The position numbers were made by a program, and so were the translations under genes. The notes under the pieces are model-generated. The model was given only the letters and a program-made list of their open reading frames with translations. It did no database searches and was not told the DNA's origin. From Gammaproteobacteria bacterium (GTDB lineage: Bacteria; Pseudomonadota; Gammaproteobacteria; GCA-001735895): DNA of 64,000 bases. Location: the NCBI GenBank assembly GCA_030066085.1, contig JASJCI010000007.1, positions 28,363 through 92,362 on the forward strand, read 5' to 3'. Positions 1-10,397 of the stretch are shown piece after piece; position 1 is the stretch's first letter; the number at the start of each line of letters is the position of its first letter.

Positions 1-81
1 TGGACTATAGTCTTGCAGTGTCGAAACGTCGTTCGCGGCGTTTGCAGCAGTATCAAACGACAGTATACAAAGAGTTTACCG

Positions 82-315
82 ATGAGTGACGACATAAAAT
101 TTGGTGCCAGGGAAGAATCTGACATTACCGATGCCACCGGCGGCAAGACGATTACCGACTTTACCCAGGTAGCGAGCTGTGCGGTTGGCGATCGCGGTCA
201 CGAGCGCATCCGCATCAGCCTGCGCGAAAAACTCGAGCAGGAAAAAAACGAGCGCCGGCAGGAACTCGAAAAAACCTTTACCCAGTCCTTCCGTAACCTG
301 CTGAAAGGCTTCTAG
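82..315 (+). CDS. hypothetical protein (77 aa, charged C-terminal helix)
   Basis: ATG at 82 in ORF 13..315; no family motif recognised. Confidence 0.45.
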   Translation: MSDDIKFGAREESDITDATGGKTITDFTQVASCAVGDRGHERIRISLREKLEQEKNERRQELEKTFTQSFRNLLKGF

Positions 316-462
316 GCCCGCTCCCGCCGAACCAGGACCAGGCGCAATCCGGCCGGCTCTCATTGCCGGCCGCTTTGGCGCGTGCGCATGTTTAAGCGGT
401 TGATCCGGGGCTCGCGGGCAGCGTATTCTATGCGCCCTTGCCAGCCGATAAAAAACAACGTC

Positions 463-1830
463 ATGCCGGGAAACATAACACTCGAAGCGTTACGCGAAAT
501 GATCGCCGCGGGCCGGATCGATACGGTGATCACGGCCATCCCCGACATGCAGGGTCGCCTGATGGGCAAACGCTTCCAGGCCGAGTTTTTCGTCGACAGC
601 GCCTGGCAAGAAACCCACTGCTGTAACTACCTCGTTGCAACCGATCTCGAGATGTACACCGTCGACGGCTACCGCGCCACCAGCTGGTCGGCCGGCTACG
701 GCGACTACATAATGCGGCCCGATCTCGATACCCTGCGCCTGCTGCCGTGGCTCGAGGGCACCGCCCTGGTGCTGTGCGACCTGGTCGATCACCACAGCCA
801 CGAACTGGTGCCGCACGCACCGCGCGCGGTGCTCAAGCACCAGCTGAACCGGTTGCGGAACCTCGGCCTGACCTCGGCGGTCGCCACCGAGCTAGAGTTT
901 TTCGTTTTCCGCGAGAGTTTCGAGGAACTGCGCGACAAGGGTTATCGCGACATGACGACGATCAGCCCGTACAACGAGGATTACCACATCTTCCAGACCA
1001 GCAAGGAAGAGCACCTGATGCGTGCAATCCGCAACGGTCTGCAGGGTGCCGGCGTACAGGTCGAAAATACCAAGGGCGAGGCCGACCCCGGCCAGGCCGA
1101 GATCAACGTCCGCTACGGCGACGCGCTGGAAATGGCCGACAACCACGTGCTCACCAAGAACGCGATCAAGGAGATCGCATTCCAGCAAGACCGCGCGGTG
1201 ACCTTTCTCGCCAAGTGGCATCACGATGCCGCGGGTTCTTCCTGTCACATCCACCAGTCGCTGCGCGACGCCGCCGGGGAACCGGTATTCCGGGACGAAA
1301 CGGCCGAGTACGGCATGTCCGCCACCATGCGCCACTACCTGGCCGGTTTGCTGAAACACGCCAGTGAAAACACGTTTTTCCTGGCCCCCTACGTCAACTC
1401 ATACAAGCGTTTCATGGCCGGTACTTTCGCGCCGACGCGGGCAATCTGGTCGCTGGATAACCGCACCGCCGGCTACCGAGTAGTGGCAGACGGCACCCCC
1501 AACGTTCGCATCGAGTGTCGTGTCGGCGGCAGCGATCTCAATCCCTACCTCGCGATCGCGGCGCAGCTTGCCGCCGGCATCGCCGGGATCGAAAACGGCT
1601 ACGAGCTGGAAAAGGAGTTCAAGGGTGACGCCTACCAGGCGCGGCGCGCACGCGAAATCCCGCGCACGCTCGGTGAAGCCGTGACCGCACTGAAAAAATC
1701 GACCATGCTGCGCGATGCAATGGGTTCCGACGTCGTCGACCACTACGTGCGCTGCGGCGAATGGGAACTCGAGGACTTTTTCAGCAAGGTCACCGACTAC
1801 GAAGTCAGCCGCGGTTTCGAGCGCGCCTGA
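463..1830 (+). CDS. glutamine synthetase-family gamma-glutamyl-amine ligase (not true GlnA)
   Basis: GS motifs DMQGRLMGKR, ELEF, NSYKRF, NRT, RIECRVGGSDLNPY; flap reads GTFAP instead of GYEAP; start placed at ATG 463. Confidence 0.88.
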   Translation: MPGNITLEALREMIAAGRIDTVITAIPDMQGRLMGKRFQAEFFVDSAWQETHCCNYLVATDLEMYTVDGYRATSWSAGYGDYIMRPDLDTLRLLPWLEGTALVLCDLVDHHSHELVPHAPRAVLKHQLNRLRNLGLTSAVATELEFFVFRESFEELRDKGYRDMTTISPYNEDYHIFQTSKEEHLMRAIRNGLQGAGVQVENTKGEADPGQAEINVRYGDALEMADNHVLTKNAIKEIAFQQDRAVTFLAKWHHDAAGSSCHIHQSLRDAAGEPVFRDETAEYGMSATMRHYLAGLLKHASENTFFLAPYVNSYKRFMAGTFAPTRAIWSLDNRTAGYRVVADGTPNVRIECRVGGSDLNPYLAIAAQLAAGIAGIENGYELEKEFKGDAYQARRAREIPRTLGEAVTALKKSTMLRDAMGSDVVDHYVRCGEWELEDFFSKVTDYEVSRGFERA

Positions 1831-1856
1831 GCATTCAAACAACGCGAGAGTCAAAA

Positions 1857-3002
1857 ATGTCACCGACAGGCAACTGGTCTTACCCTACTTCGATCCGCTT
1901 CGGCGCCGGCCGTATCGCCGAGATTGCCGACGCCTGCAAGGCGGCCGGCATGCGCAAACCGCTTTTGGTCACGGACCGCGGCCTCGCCGAACTGCCAATT
2001 ACGCGCGCAACGCTGGATTTGCTCGCCGCGGCCGGTCTCGGTGACGGCCTGTTCAGCGATGTGGATCCCAATCCGAACGAACACAATCTCGCCGCCGGCA
2101 TCGAGGCTTACAACAGCGGCGGCCACGACGGCGTCATCGCCTTCGGCGGTGGCTCCGGGCTCGACCTCGGCAAGATCGTCGCCTTCATGTGTGGCCAGGA
2201 TCGACCGGTGTGGGATTTCGAGGATATCGGCGACTGGTGGACACGCGCCGACGCGGATGCGATCGCGCCGATCATCGCGGTACCCACCACTGCCGGTACC
2301 GGCTCCGAGGTCGGCCGCGCCGGCGTCGTCTCCAACTCGGAGACGCACGAAAAGAAGATCATCTTCCATCCGAAGATCCTGCCGGCGATCGTGATTTGCG
2401 ATCCGGAGCTCACCGTGGGTATGCCCGCGGCGATTACCGCCGGTACCGGCATGGATGCATTCGCGCACTGCCTCGAAGCTTACTGCTCGCCGCATTACCA
2501 CCCGATGAGCCAGGGTATCGCGGTCGAGGGCATGCGCCTGGTGAAGGAAAACCTGCCGCGCGCATTCAGCAACGGCGACGACATCGAGGCCCGCGCGCAC
2601 ATGATGTCAGCCGCGGCCATGGGCGCCACCGCGTTTCAGAAAGGACTGGGAGCAATCCACGCACTGTCGCATCCGGTCGGCGCGTTTTATAACACCCATC
2701 ACGGCACCACCAACGCGGTGGTCATGGCGCCGGTGCTGGAGTTCAACCGCGCGGCCATCGAATCACGCATCGACGCGCTCGCTGCCTACCTGGGGATCGA
2801 CGGCGGCTTCGACGGATTCCTGCGCTACGTGGTCGAGCTGAACCGCTCGCTCGGCATTCCCGCAAACCTGACCGAACTCGGCGTCAGCGCTCCCGACATG
2901 GACTGGCTGGTCACATCCGCGCTCAAGGATCCGAGTGTCGGCGGCAACCCGGTGGAGATGACCGCCGCCAACACGCGAGCGCTCTACGAGGCCTGCCTCT
3001 GA
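1857..3002 (+). CDS. iron-containing alcohol dehydrogenase
   Basis: FGGGSGLD, PTTAGTGSE, GMDAFAHCLE, HALSH and HHG metal motifs. Confidence 0.9.
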   Translation: MSPTGNWSYPTSIRFGAGRIAEIADACKAAGMRKPLLVTDRGLAELPITRATLDLLAAAGLGDGLFSDVDPNPNEHNLAAGIEAYNSGGHDGVIAFGGGSGLDLGKIVAFMCGQDRPVWDFEDIGDWWTRADADAIAPIIAVPTTAGTGSEVGRAGVVSNSETHEKKIIFHPKILPAIVICDPELTVGMPAAITAGTGMDAFAHCLEAYCSPHYHPMSQGIAVEGMRLVKENLPRAFSNGDDIEARAHMMSAAAMGATAFQKGLGAIHALSHPVGAFYNTHHGTTNAVVMAPVLEFNRAAIESRIDALAAYLGIDGGFDGFLRYVVELNRSLGIPANLTELGVSAPDMDWLVTSALKDPSVGGNPVEMTAANTRALYEACL

Positions 3003-3153
3003 TCCGCGCGTACGGGTCGCGGTAACAAATTCACGGGTGAATTGACGCCGACGACAAGGCGCCCTGCCTGCCCGGCGAAACGACCGGGTGGCCGTTTTTA
3101 TTCTGTATTCGGAACCGCTGTCGAGCCGCTGTGCCGACGACGGCGGTTTTATA

Positions 3154-3258
3154 TCAGGCCATCAACGCGATGATGAAGGCGACGATCGAGCCACCCAGCA
3201 GCCACACGGTCAGGGTTATGGGGCGATCTTCCAGGCTGTCAGGCATGGTGTTGCGCAT
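3154..3258 (-). CDS. putative 34-aa single-pass membrane small protein (MRNTMPDSLEDRPITLTVWLLGGSIVAFIIALMA)
   Basis: Below the ORF-track cutoff; GAGGAGGA Shine-Dalgarno (3273-3266) 7 nt before the ATG; hydrophobic C-terminal 20 aa. Confidence 0.55.
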   Translation of the reverse strand: MRNTMPDSLEDRPITLTVWLLGGSIVAFIIALMA

Positions 3259-3308
3259 ATTATTGTCCTCCTCGGGGGACTGTATATGCGAGATGCCCGC
3301 GCGAACTC

Positions 3309-3322
3309 TTGACCTGCGTCAA
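3309..3322. promoter_or_regulatory. CRP/FNR-family-like palindrome TTGAC-N4-GTCAA
   Basis: Perfect 5-4-5 inverted repeat about 57 nt upstream of the small-ORF start; resembles the FNR box TTGAT-N4-ATCAA. Confidence 0.35.
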
Positions 3323-3331
3323 GTAACCTGG

Positions 3332-3355
3332 ACACCACCCCGCACGGGGTGGTGT
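3332..3355 (-). terminator. stem-loop downstream of the 2-hydroxyacid dehydrogenase gene
   Basis: ACACCACCCC/GGGGTGGTGT perfect stem; no strong U-tract. Confidence 0.45.
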
Positions 3356-3383
3356 TCCCTGGGAACCGAGGTCGACCGCGACC

Positions 3384-4355
3384 CTATACGAGCTTGTCGC
3401 GCGGCGTTTCGCCGCTGAAGAATGCTTCGATATTCTCGACCACGCGCATGCCCATGGCCTTGCGCGTCTCCTGCGTCGCTGAACCCAGGTGCGGCAGCAG
3501 GACCACGTTTTCCATCTCCAGCAGCGCGGGGCTGACCGACGGCTCTTGCTCGAACACGTCGAGGCCGGCACCCGCGATGTCGCCGTTCTGCAGCGCCGTC
3601 ACCAGCGCCGCCTCGTCGACCACGTCACCGCGCGCGGTGTTGATCAGGAAGGCGCCCGGTTTCATCGCGGCGAACGCATCGGCGCCGATCAGGTGATAGG
3701 TGTCGGCACCGCCCGGGCAGTGCAGCGAGACAAAATCGGAGCGCGCGAAAACTTCCTCGGGCGAGCCGCACTGGGTCGCGTCGAGCCCTTCGATGTCCTC
3801 GGCGCGCGGCGGGAACGGGTCGTGAAACACGATCTTCATGCCGAAGCCGTGCGCGGCGCGCGCCGCGACCGCGCGTGCGATACGGCCCATGCCGACCAGC
3901 CCGAGCGTCTTGCCGGTCACGCTGGTGCCCATCATGTGGGTCGGCCGCCAGCCGGTCCATTCGCCGTTACGCAGGTGGCGCTCGCCCTCGCCCGCGCGGC
4001 GCGCGACCATCAGCAGCAGCGTCAGCGCCAGGTCCGCGGTACAGTCGGTCAGCACCTCGGGCGTGTTGGTCACGGTCAGCCCCGCTGCCCTGGCGGCATC
4101 CAGGTCAATGTGGTTGAAGCCAACCCCGTTGCTGCCGAGGATTTTCGCGCGAATGTTATCCGCGCCGAGTACCTCGGCATTCACCTTGTCGCACACCGTC
4201 GGCAGCACCGCGTCGGCGCTTTGCAGCGCATCCTGCAGCTCGGCCACCGACATGGAATGATCGTCCTCGTTGAGCGTGGTGTCGAAGCGTTCGGTCAAAA
4301 CCGCCTCGACCTCGGGGTGCCAGCGGCGCGTTACTATAATCTTGGGTCTGGACAT
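3384..4355 (-). CDS. D-2-hydroxyacid dehydrogenase (glyoxylate/D-glycerate reductase family)
   Basis: GMGRIA Rossmann motif, NTARGDVVDE, LDVFEQEP, PHLGSAT. Confidence 0.9.
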   Translation of the reverse strand: MSRPKIIVTRRWHPEVEAVLTERFDTTLNEDDHSMSVAELQDALQSADAVLPTVCDKVNAEVLGADNIRAKILGSNGVGFNHIDLDAARAAGLTVTNTPEVLTDCTADLALTLLLMVARRAGEGERHLRNGEWTGWRPTHMMGTSVTGKTLGLVGMGRIARAVAARAAHGFGMKIVFHDPFPPRAEDIEGLDATQCGSPEEVFARSDFVSLHCPGGADTYHLIGADAFAAMKPGAFLINTARGDVVDEAALVTALQNGDIAGAGLDVFEQEPSVSPALLEMENVVLLPHLGSATQETRKAMGMRVVENIEAFFSGETPRDKLV

Positions 4356-4480
4356 AATTCTCTCCTGTCGAATCGTTCAATCGTCGGGCGCGAAATCGCC
4401 GCATTCTAATCGCAGCGACGCGCGGAAACTAGCCTCGATGCGATCGCGTGACCTGTCTCCCGCGCCGCAACGTTGGCGGG

Positions 4481-5500
4481 TCAGGCCGATTGCTGCGTGA
4501 CCAGTTCGGGGTAGCCGAACAGCGACGGCGTACCGCCGGTGTGCAGGAACACGACCGCCTGTCCGGGCACGAAACGGCCCGTACGCAGCATCTGCAGCAG
4601 CACCGCGAAACTCTTGCCGGAATAGGTCGGATCCAGCAGGATACCCTCCGCGCGCGCGAGGTAGCGAATTGCCTCCACCGTCGCCTCCCCGGGGAGCCCG
4701 TAACCCGGCGCCAGCATCGAGTCGTCGCAGACAATATCGTCATCGGTAATCTCGAGATCGACTCCCAGGGTCGCGATCACCGAGTCGATCTTGGCGCGCA
4801 TGCGCCGCTGCTGGCTCTCGCTGTCGCGACGCACGCAGACACCGTGCACCGGCGTCGCCAGCCCCGAGGCTCGCACGCCGACCAGGAAACCGGCGTGGGT
4901 GGAGGCGGAACCGGTGGGGACGATAAAGCAGGCCGGATCGATTTGCAGTGCGCGCAGCTGGGCGACGGTCTCCTCGGCACCGTCGACGTAGCCCAGCGCA
5001 CCGTAGGGAGTATGCGCATTGGACAGCGGGATCACGTAAGCCTTGCGCCCTTCCCCCGCCAGCTCGGCGGCCCGGGTTTCGAGCGCTGCATCGGCACCGT
5101 CCTCGTCTTCGCCAACCGGGTAATAGTGAATCCGCGCCCCCATCAGGCGCACCAGGTAAGGATTTCCGGACTGGTGGTACTCCGGCTGTTCGCGCTCGAC
5201 ACGATGCTCCAGCTGGACTTCTACTTCCAGTCCCGCCTTGCGCGCGGCGGCCACGGTCATGCGCACGTGGTTGGACTGCACCGCGCCGGTGGTAAGCAGC
5301 GTGTCGGCGCCCTGCGCCAGCGCCTGGCCCAGGTAAAACTCGAGCTGGCGGCTCTTGTTGCCGCCGAAAGCGAGCCCGGTACAGTCGTCGCGCTTGATCC
5401 AGACATCGACGCCGAAGGCAGCGCTGACGTTATTCAGTTTTTCCAGCGGCGTCGGCCGATGGGTCAGATCGAAACGCGGAAAATTGTCTGTAAGTGACAT
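4481..5500 (-). CDS. PLP enzyme, D-cysteine desulfhydrase / cysteate sulfo-lyase family
   Basis: KRDDCTGLAFGGNK, QSNH, LDPTYSGK, LHTGG. Confidence 0.85.
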   Translation of the reverse strand: MSLTDNFPRFDLTHRPTPLEKLNNVSAAFGVDVWIKRDDCTGLAFGGNKSRQLEFYLGQALAQGADTLLTTGAVQSNHVRMTVAAARKAGLEVEVQLEHRVEREQPEYHQSGNPYLVRLMGARIHYYPVGEDEDGADAALETRAAELAGEGRKAYVIPLSNAHTPYGALGYVDGAEETVAQLRALQIDPACFIVPTGSASTHAGFLVGVRASGLATPVHGVCVRRDSESQQRRMRAKIDSVIATLGVDLEITDDDIVCDDSMLAPGYGLPGEATVEAIRYLARAEGILLDPTYSGKSFAVLLQMLRTGRFVPGQAVVFLHTGGTPSLFGYPELVTQQSA

Positions 5501-5503
5501 GTT

Positions 5504-6358
5504 TCAGGCCCCGTCGCCCAGTAATTTCATCAACATCACGCCGAGGCACACAAGGACCGCGGCGACGATGCGCTGTTTGCCGAAGGGTTCCCGGAACAAC
5601 AGGGTACCGATCAGGGCAGCGAATATTACACTGGTTTCGCGCAGTGACGAAACCAGCGCCATCGGCGCTACGCTCATGGCGTAGATCACCAGCGCGTAGG
5701 CGGTGGCGGCGGCGGTGGCGCCCAGCGAGATCTTGCCAGGCTTGGCACGGATATACCGCGCCCAGCCGGCACGATCGCGATACAGCAACCACAGGCCGAC
5801 CGGTATCGGCTCGAACACGAACAGCCACAGGATGTAACTGAACGGGTTGCCGGCGACCCGCACGCCCATGCCGTCGGCGACCGTGTAGGCGGCGATCAGC
5901 ACCGAGGTCGCGAGCCCCCAGCCGAGCGCCGGCGCCGATATTCGCCCGAGCGCACCGCCGCTGAAAGTGATGCTGATCAATCCCGCACTGACCAGGCCGA
6001 TGCCGAGGATCGCACCGCTCGACAGTTGTTCGCCGGCTACCAGCAGCGCGCCGAGAAATACCAGCATCGGCGCCAGGCCGCGAAACAACGGGTAAACCTG
6101 CGACAGGTCGCCGGCCTGGTAGGACCGCGCCAGGGTGTAGTAATAGGCCGTGTGAATCACTGTCGATGCCAATAGCATCGGCCAGCTCTCGGCCAGCGGC
6201 AGGGGTACCAGGAACAGCAGCGGCAGGCAGACCAGGCCGCAGAACAGCCGGTACGACGCCACGCTGTAGAGCGGCGAGCCGCCCGACTTGGCCATCGCGT
6301 TCCAGCTCGCATGCAGCAGCGCCGCAAGCAGCACGATCGCGGCGATGGCCGGCGTCAT
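5504..6358 (-). CDS. EamA/DMT family transporter
   Basis: About 10 TM segments; ALLHASWNA, LSQVYPLFRG and LRETSVIFA motifs. Confidence 0.85.
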   Translation of the reverse strand: MTPAIAAIVLLAALLHASWNAMAKSGGSPLYSVASYRLFCGLVCLPLLFLVPLPLAESWPMLLASTVIHTAYYYTLARSYQAGDLSQVYPLFRGLAPMLVFLGALLVAGEQLSSGAILGIGLVSAGLISITFSGGALGRISAPALGWGLATSVLIAAYTVADGMGVRVAGNPFSYILWLFVFEPIPVGLWLLYRDRAGWARYIRAKPGKISLGATAAATAYALVIYAMSVAPMALVSSLRETSVIFAALIGTLLFREPFGKQRIVAAVLVCLGVMLMKLLGDGA

Positions 6359-6424
6359 CGATCACCCCCGGGCGACGGCCGTGCGCGGCAAACATACCGC
6401 CCCACGACCGCGTTCAGCCGCGCA

Positions 6425-9058
6425 TCAGGCAGCAGCCGGTGCTCCTGACTCCCGCTCCTCGCGCGCGCGCCGCTTCTGCAGCAGGATAACCAGCGCCAGC
6501 AAAATTACCGCCGGAATGTAAAACACTTCCTTGGGCATGCGCTCCACCGGCTGGCGCAGTTCCGCGATCTGCACCGGCTCATCGCCGTAAAAATCGAACG
6601 ACTTGCCGATACCCTCGAAGAAGGGTGTGCCGGGAAAGGGTTCCTCGATCACCGCCCGCTCGCCGTCCAGCATGACGCCCAGGCCGGCCTTGTTCAGGCG
6701 GTCGGCCGCGTCGCCGGCTTCGCCCAGCTCGACCAGGATCGTGGTCGACTCGATCTCGCCGGAATCGAAGTCGGGCCCGCTGACGACCAGGCTCAACACG
6801 CTGCCCGGCTGCATACCGTCGACGACCTCGTACACCTCCGCCGATGGCAACACGTCGAACGGCGGCTGCACGCGGTCGAGCCAGTAGCCCGGCCGGAACA
6901 GGGTAAACGCGATCAGCAACAGCAGCGCCGACTCCCAGATCTTGTTACGCGTGAACATGAAACCCTGGGTGGCCGACGCAAACAGCATCATCGCTATTAC
7001 CGCCACGAAAAACACGAAAAACGCCTTCGGTACCGATACGTCGATCAGCAGCAGCTCGGTGTTGAAAATGAACAGGAACGGCAGCAGCGCGGTGCGGATG
7101 TCGTAGGCAAAACCCTGCACGCCGGTCATGATCGGGTCACCCTTGGAAATGGCCGCGGCGGCAAAGGCCGCGAGACCCACCGGCGGCGTATCGTCGGCGA
7201 GGATACCGAAGTAGAACACGAACAGGTGCACCGCGATCAGCGGCACGATCAGGCCGCTCTTGGCGCCGAGGGTGATGATGACCGGCGCCATCAGCGACGA
7301 TACGACGATGTAGTTGGCCGTGGTCGGCAGGCCCATGCCGAGGATCAGGCTCATGATCGCGACCAGGATCAGCATCACGATCAGGCTGCCGCCGGACAGG
7401 AATTCGACGAACTCGCCCACCACCTGGTGCGCGCCGGTCAGCGAAATGGTGCCGACGATGATGCCGGCGGCACCGGTTGCAACGGCGATACTGATCATGT
7501 TGCGCGAACCGGCGATCATGCCCTCGACCCAGTGCCCGAACCCGATCTTGAAAGCCTCGGCGTAGTTGCCCGTGCCGCGGAAAAAGGCCTTGAGGGCATC
7601 CTGGGTCAGGATCACGATGATCATCGCGATGGTCGCCCAGAAGGCCGACAGTGCCGGCGACAGGCGCTCGACGATGATGCACCAGATCAGGATCACGATC
7701 GGCAGGATGTAATACAGCCCGGTGATCGCGGTCGCACCGGCTCGCGGCAGCTCGGTAATCGGCGCGTCCGGATCATCGACCACCAGGTCCGGCTGTTTCG
7801 ACGCGAGCCATATGAGATAGAGATAAGCTGCCGCGCAGCCGACCGAAACGATGGCAAAGGCAAATTCCGGGATCACGTCCTTGATCCAGCCGAGACCGAA
7901 GTAGACCACGACCCCGAGCAGGCCGATGCCGATGAAACCGCTGAGGAAGCCGATCAGCTTGTTGGCGAAAGTCAGGGTCGAAGGCGGCTTCGGCAGGCCT
8001 TTCAGGTTCAGCTTCATCGCTTCGAGGTGCACGATGTAAACCAGCGCGATGTAGGAAACCAGCGCCGGTACCAGCGCGTGTTTCAGGATCTGGGTATAGC
8101 TGATGCCGGTGAACTCGGCGATCAGGAAGGCCGCGGCACCCATGACCGGCGGCGTCAGCTGACCGTTGGTCGACGACGCGACCTCGACCGCGCCGGCCTT
8201 TTCCGGGGTAAAACCCGTACGTTTCATCAGCGGGATAGTAAAGGTACCGGTGGTCACCGTGTTGGCGATCGACGACCCCGAGTAGAGCCCGCTCATCGCC
8301 GACGCGACTACCGCGGCCTTGGCCGGCCCACCGCGCAGGTGGCCGAGCAGCGCAAACGCGATCTTGATGAAATAGTTGCCCGCGCCGGCCTTTTCCAGGA
8401 TCGAGCCGAACAGCACGAACAGGAATATCAGCGACGCCGAAACGCCCAGCGCAACGCCGAATACACCCTCGTTTTGCATCCAGTAGTGCCACATGGCCTT
8501 GCCGTAGGAGGCGCCCTTCCACTGGATGGCTTCCGGCATGAAATCGAGGTGGCCGAAAAATACATAGAACACGAACACGCTGGCGACGATCAGCAGCGGC
8601 AGGCCGAGCGCGCGGTATACCGTGACGCCGAGAACCAGCATGCCGACGGTCGACGCGACCAGGTCACCCTGGGTCGGCAGGCCGGCGCGCACGGCAATTT
8701 CGTTACGCAGGACCACGATATAAAGACAGCAGGAAACACCGACGATGGCGAGCATCCAGTCGTACCAGGGGATGCGATCGCGCGGACTGTGTTTGAACAG
8801 CGGAAACGCCATCGCCGCGAGCAGCAGGCCGAAAGCGAGGTGGATCAGGCGCGCGTTGGAGTTGGTGACAACCATGCTGATGCCGGTGACGTCGGTCAAC
8901 CAGAACGGCAGGTTGGATGCGATGTAAAGCTGGAACAGCGCCCAGACGAACGCGGTGCCGGCAATGAACTTGCTCTGCCAGCCGAGCGGATTACGCGCGC
9001 CGGTATCGACCTGGGCAACCAGGTCGTCCTGTACGCTTGACTCGGACTTATCCGACAT
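6425..9058 (-). CDS. TRAP transporter fused 4TM/12TM permease with C-terminal extension
   Basis: GGPAKAAVVAS, SGSSIANTVTTG, PPVMGAAAF, GMGLPTTANY, ADDTPPVGLA. Confidence 0.92.
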   Translation of the reverse strand: MSDKSESSVQDDLVAQVDTGARNPLGWQSKFIAGTAFVWALFQLYIASNLPFWLTDVTGISMVVTNSNARLIHLAFGLLLAAMAFPLFKHSPRDRIPWYDWMLAIVGVSCCLYIVVLRNEIAVRAGLPTQGDLVASTVGMLVLGVTVYRALGLPLLIVASVFVFYVFFGHLDFMPEAIQWKGASYGKAMWHYWMQNEGVFGVALGVSASLIFLFVLFGSILEKAGAGNYFIKIAFALLGHLRGGPAKAAVVASAMSGLYSGSSIANTVTTGTFTIPLMKRTGFTPEKAGAVEVASSTNGQLTPPVMGAAAFLIAEFTGISYTQILKHALVPALVSYIALVYIVHLEAMKLNLKGLPKPPSTLTFANKLIGFLSGFIGIGLLGVVVYFGLGWIKDVIPEFAFAIVSVGCAAAYLYLIWLASKQPDLVVDDPDAPITELPRAGATAITGLYYILPIVILIWCIIVERLSPALSAFWATIAMIIVILTQDALKAFFRGTGNYAEAFKIGFGHWVEGMIAGSRNMISIAVATGAAGIIVGTISLTGAHQVVGEFVEFLSGGSLIVMLILVAIMSLILGMGLPTTANYIVVSSLMAPVIITLGAKSGLIVPLIAVHLFVFYFGILADDTPPVGLAAFAAAAISKGDPIMTGVQGFAYDIRTALLPFLFIFNTELLLIDVSVPKAFFVFFVAVIAMMLFASATQGFMFTRNKIWESALLLLIAFTLFRPGYWLDRVQPPFDVLPSAEVYEVVDGMQPGSVLSLVVSGPDFDSGEIESTTILVELGEAGDAADRLNKAGLGVMLDGERAVIEEPFPGTPFFEGIGKSFDFYGDEPVQIAELRQPVERMPKEVFYIPAVILLALVILLQKRRAREERESGAPAAA

Positions 9059-9192
9059 GCCCCTTCCCCCTGTTTTTATAGTTTTACCGGAAGCGACAGC
9101 GGGGACAGATCGATCGATCCGTCCCCGTTGGTCCGGTATACAGCAACAAACGGGCCGCCGTGGAGACCCGCTTGCCGGACTCCGTCAGCCGG

Positions 9193-10161
9193 TTACATCC
9201 AGCCGCGTTCCTTGTAGTACTTGGCCGCGCCGGGATGCAGCGGTGCGGACAGGGAATCGGAAATCATTTCCTCTTCCTTCAGGTTGGCGAAGGCCGGGTG
9301 CAGCTTCTTGAACGAATCGAAGTTCTCGAACACGGCCTTGACCACGGTGTAGACGACGTTATCCGGCACATCCGTGCTGGAAACGAAGGTGGCGCCGACA
9401 CCGAAGGTCTGGATGTCTTCCTTGTTGTTGTACATGTTGGCCGGAATGGTCGCGGTACGATAGTAGGAGTTATCCGAGACCAGCTTGTCGATCGCCTTGC
9501 CCTTGACGTGAACCAGCTTGGCATCGCAGGTCGCGAGCGATTCCTGGGTCAGCGCCGACGGGTGGCCAACCAGCCAGAAATAGGCGTCGATCTTGCCATC
9601 GCAGACGGCCTGGCCGGTTTCGGCCGATTTCATTTCGGCAGCCAGTTTCAGATCGCTGCGACTCCAGCCGAGTGCTTCCTCGATTACTTCCCAGGTGCCG
9701 CGGGTACCGGAGCCGGGGTTGCCGATGTTGAGGCGCTTGCCCTTGACGTCGGCCAGTTCGTCGATGCCGGCATCGGCGCGCGCGATGACGGTAACCGGCT
9801 CGGGATGTACCGAGAATACCGCGCGCAGCTTCTTGAAGGCACCGCTGTCCGCGAACTTCGAGGTACCGTTGTAGGCGTGGTACTGCCAGTCTGACTGGGC
9901 AACACCGAACTCGAGTTCGCCGGCCTTGATCGTGTTGATGTTGTAGATCGAACCGCCGGTAGACTCAGCCGAGCAACGAATGCCGTGCTCCTTGCGGTCC
10001 TTGTTGACCAGGCGACAGATCGCGCCACCGGTCGGGTAGTAAACGCCGGTGACGCCACCGGTGCCGATCGAGATGAATTGCTGGTCCGCCGCGATCGCGC
10101 TGCCGCTGCCCATGGAAGCGGCAACCAGCGACACGAACGCAATCTTGCCAATGAGTTTCAT
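9193..10161 (-). CDS. TAXI-family TRAP solute-binding protein
   Basis: Signal peptide; [26 protein letters not shown]. Confidence 0.92.
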   Translation of the reverse strand: MKLIGKIAFVSLVAASMGSGSAIAADQQFISIGTGGVTGVYYPTGGAICRLVNKDRKEHGIRCSAESTGGSIYNINTIKAGELEFGVAQSDWQYHAYNGTSKFADSGAFKKLRAVFSVHPEPVTVIARADAGIDELADVKGKRLNIGNPGSGTRGTWEVIEEALGWSRSDLKLAAEMKSAETGQAVCDGKIDAYFWLVGHPSALTQESLATCDAKLVHVKGKAIDKLVSDNSYYRTATIPANMYNNKEDIQTFGVGATFVSSTDVPDNVVYTVVKAVFENFDSFKKLHPAFANLKEEEMISDSLSAPLHPGAAKYYKERGWM

Positions 10162-10397
10162 AGTTATCTCCTTCGATTGATGTGCCGATTCTTGTTGTTT
10201 GGGGCCGTCCGGGACCTCGGCAAATCCCGCGCGGCCGGTTCCTTGCTGTCAGGGACGGACATTATTATAAGGCCCCGCGGCATTGTCAAAAAAATCCCCC
10301 GCGATCACGCGGTCTGATTTTGTTTGAAACCCGGAGGTCCCCCTACCGGCGACAGCCGCTTTCGACTAGAGTACGACCTGCGCAAAATTCCCCTGAT

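Noticed and set aside
4481-5500. ACC deaminase
   Set aside because: Has YSGK and HTGG rather than YEGK and HLGG.
9101-9108. Isolated GGGGACAG as a third TIR element
   Set aside because: Lacks TTTAC, the 24-bp inner repeat and a partner end.
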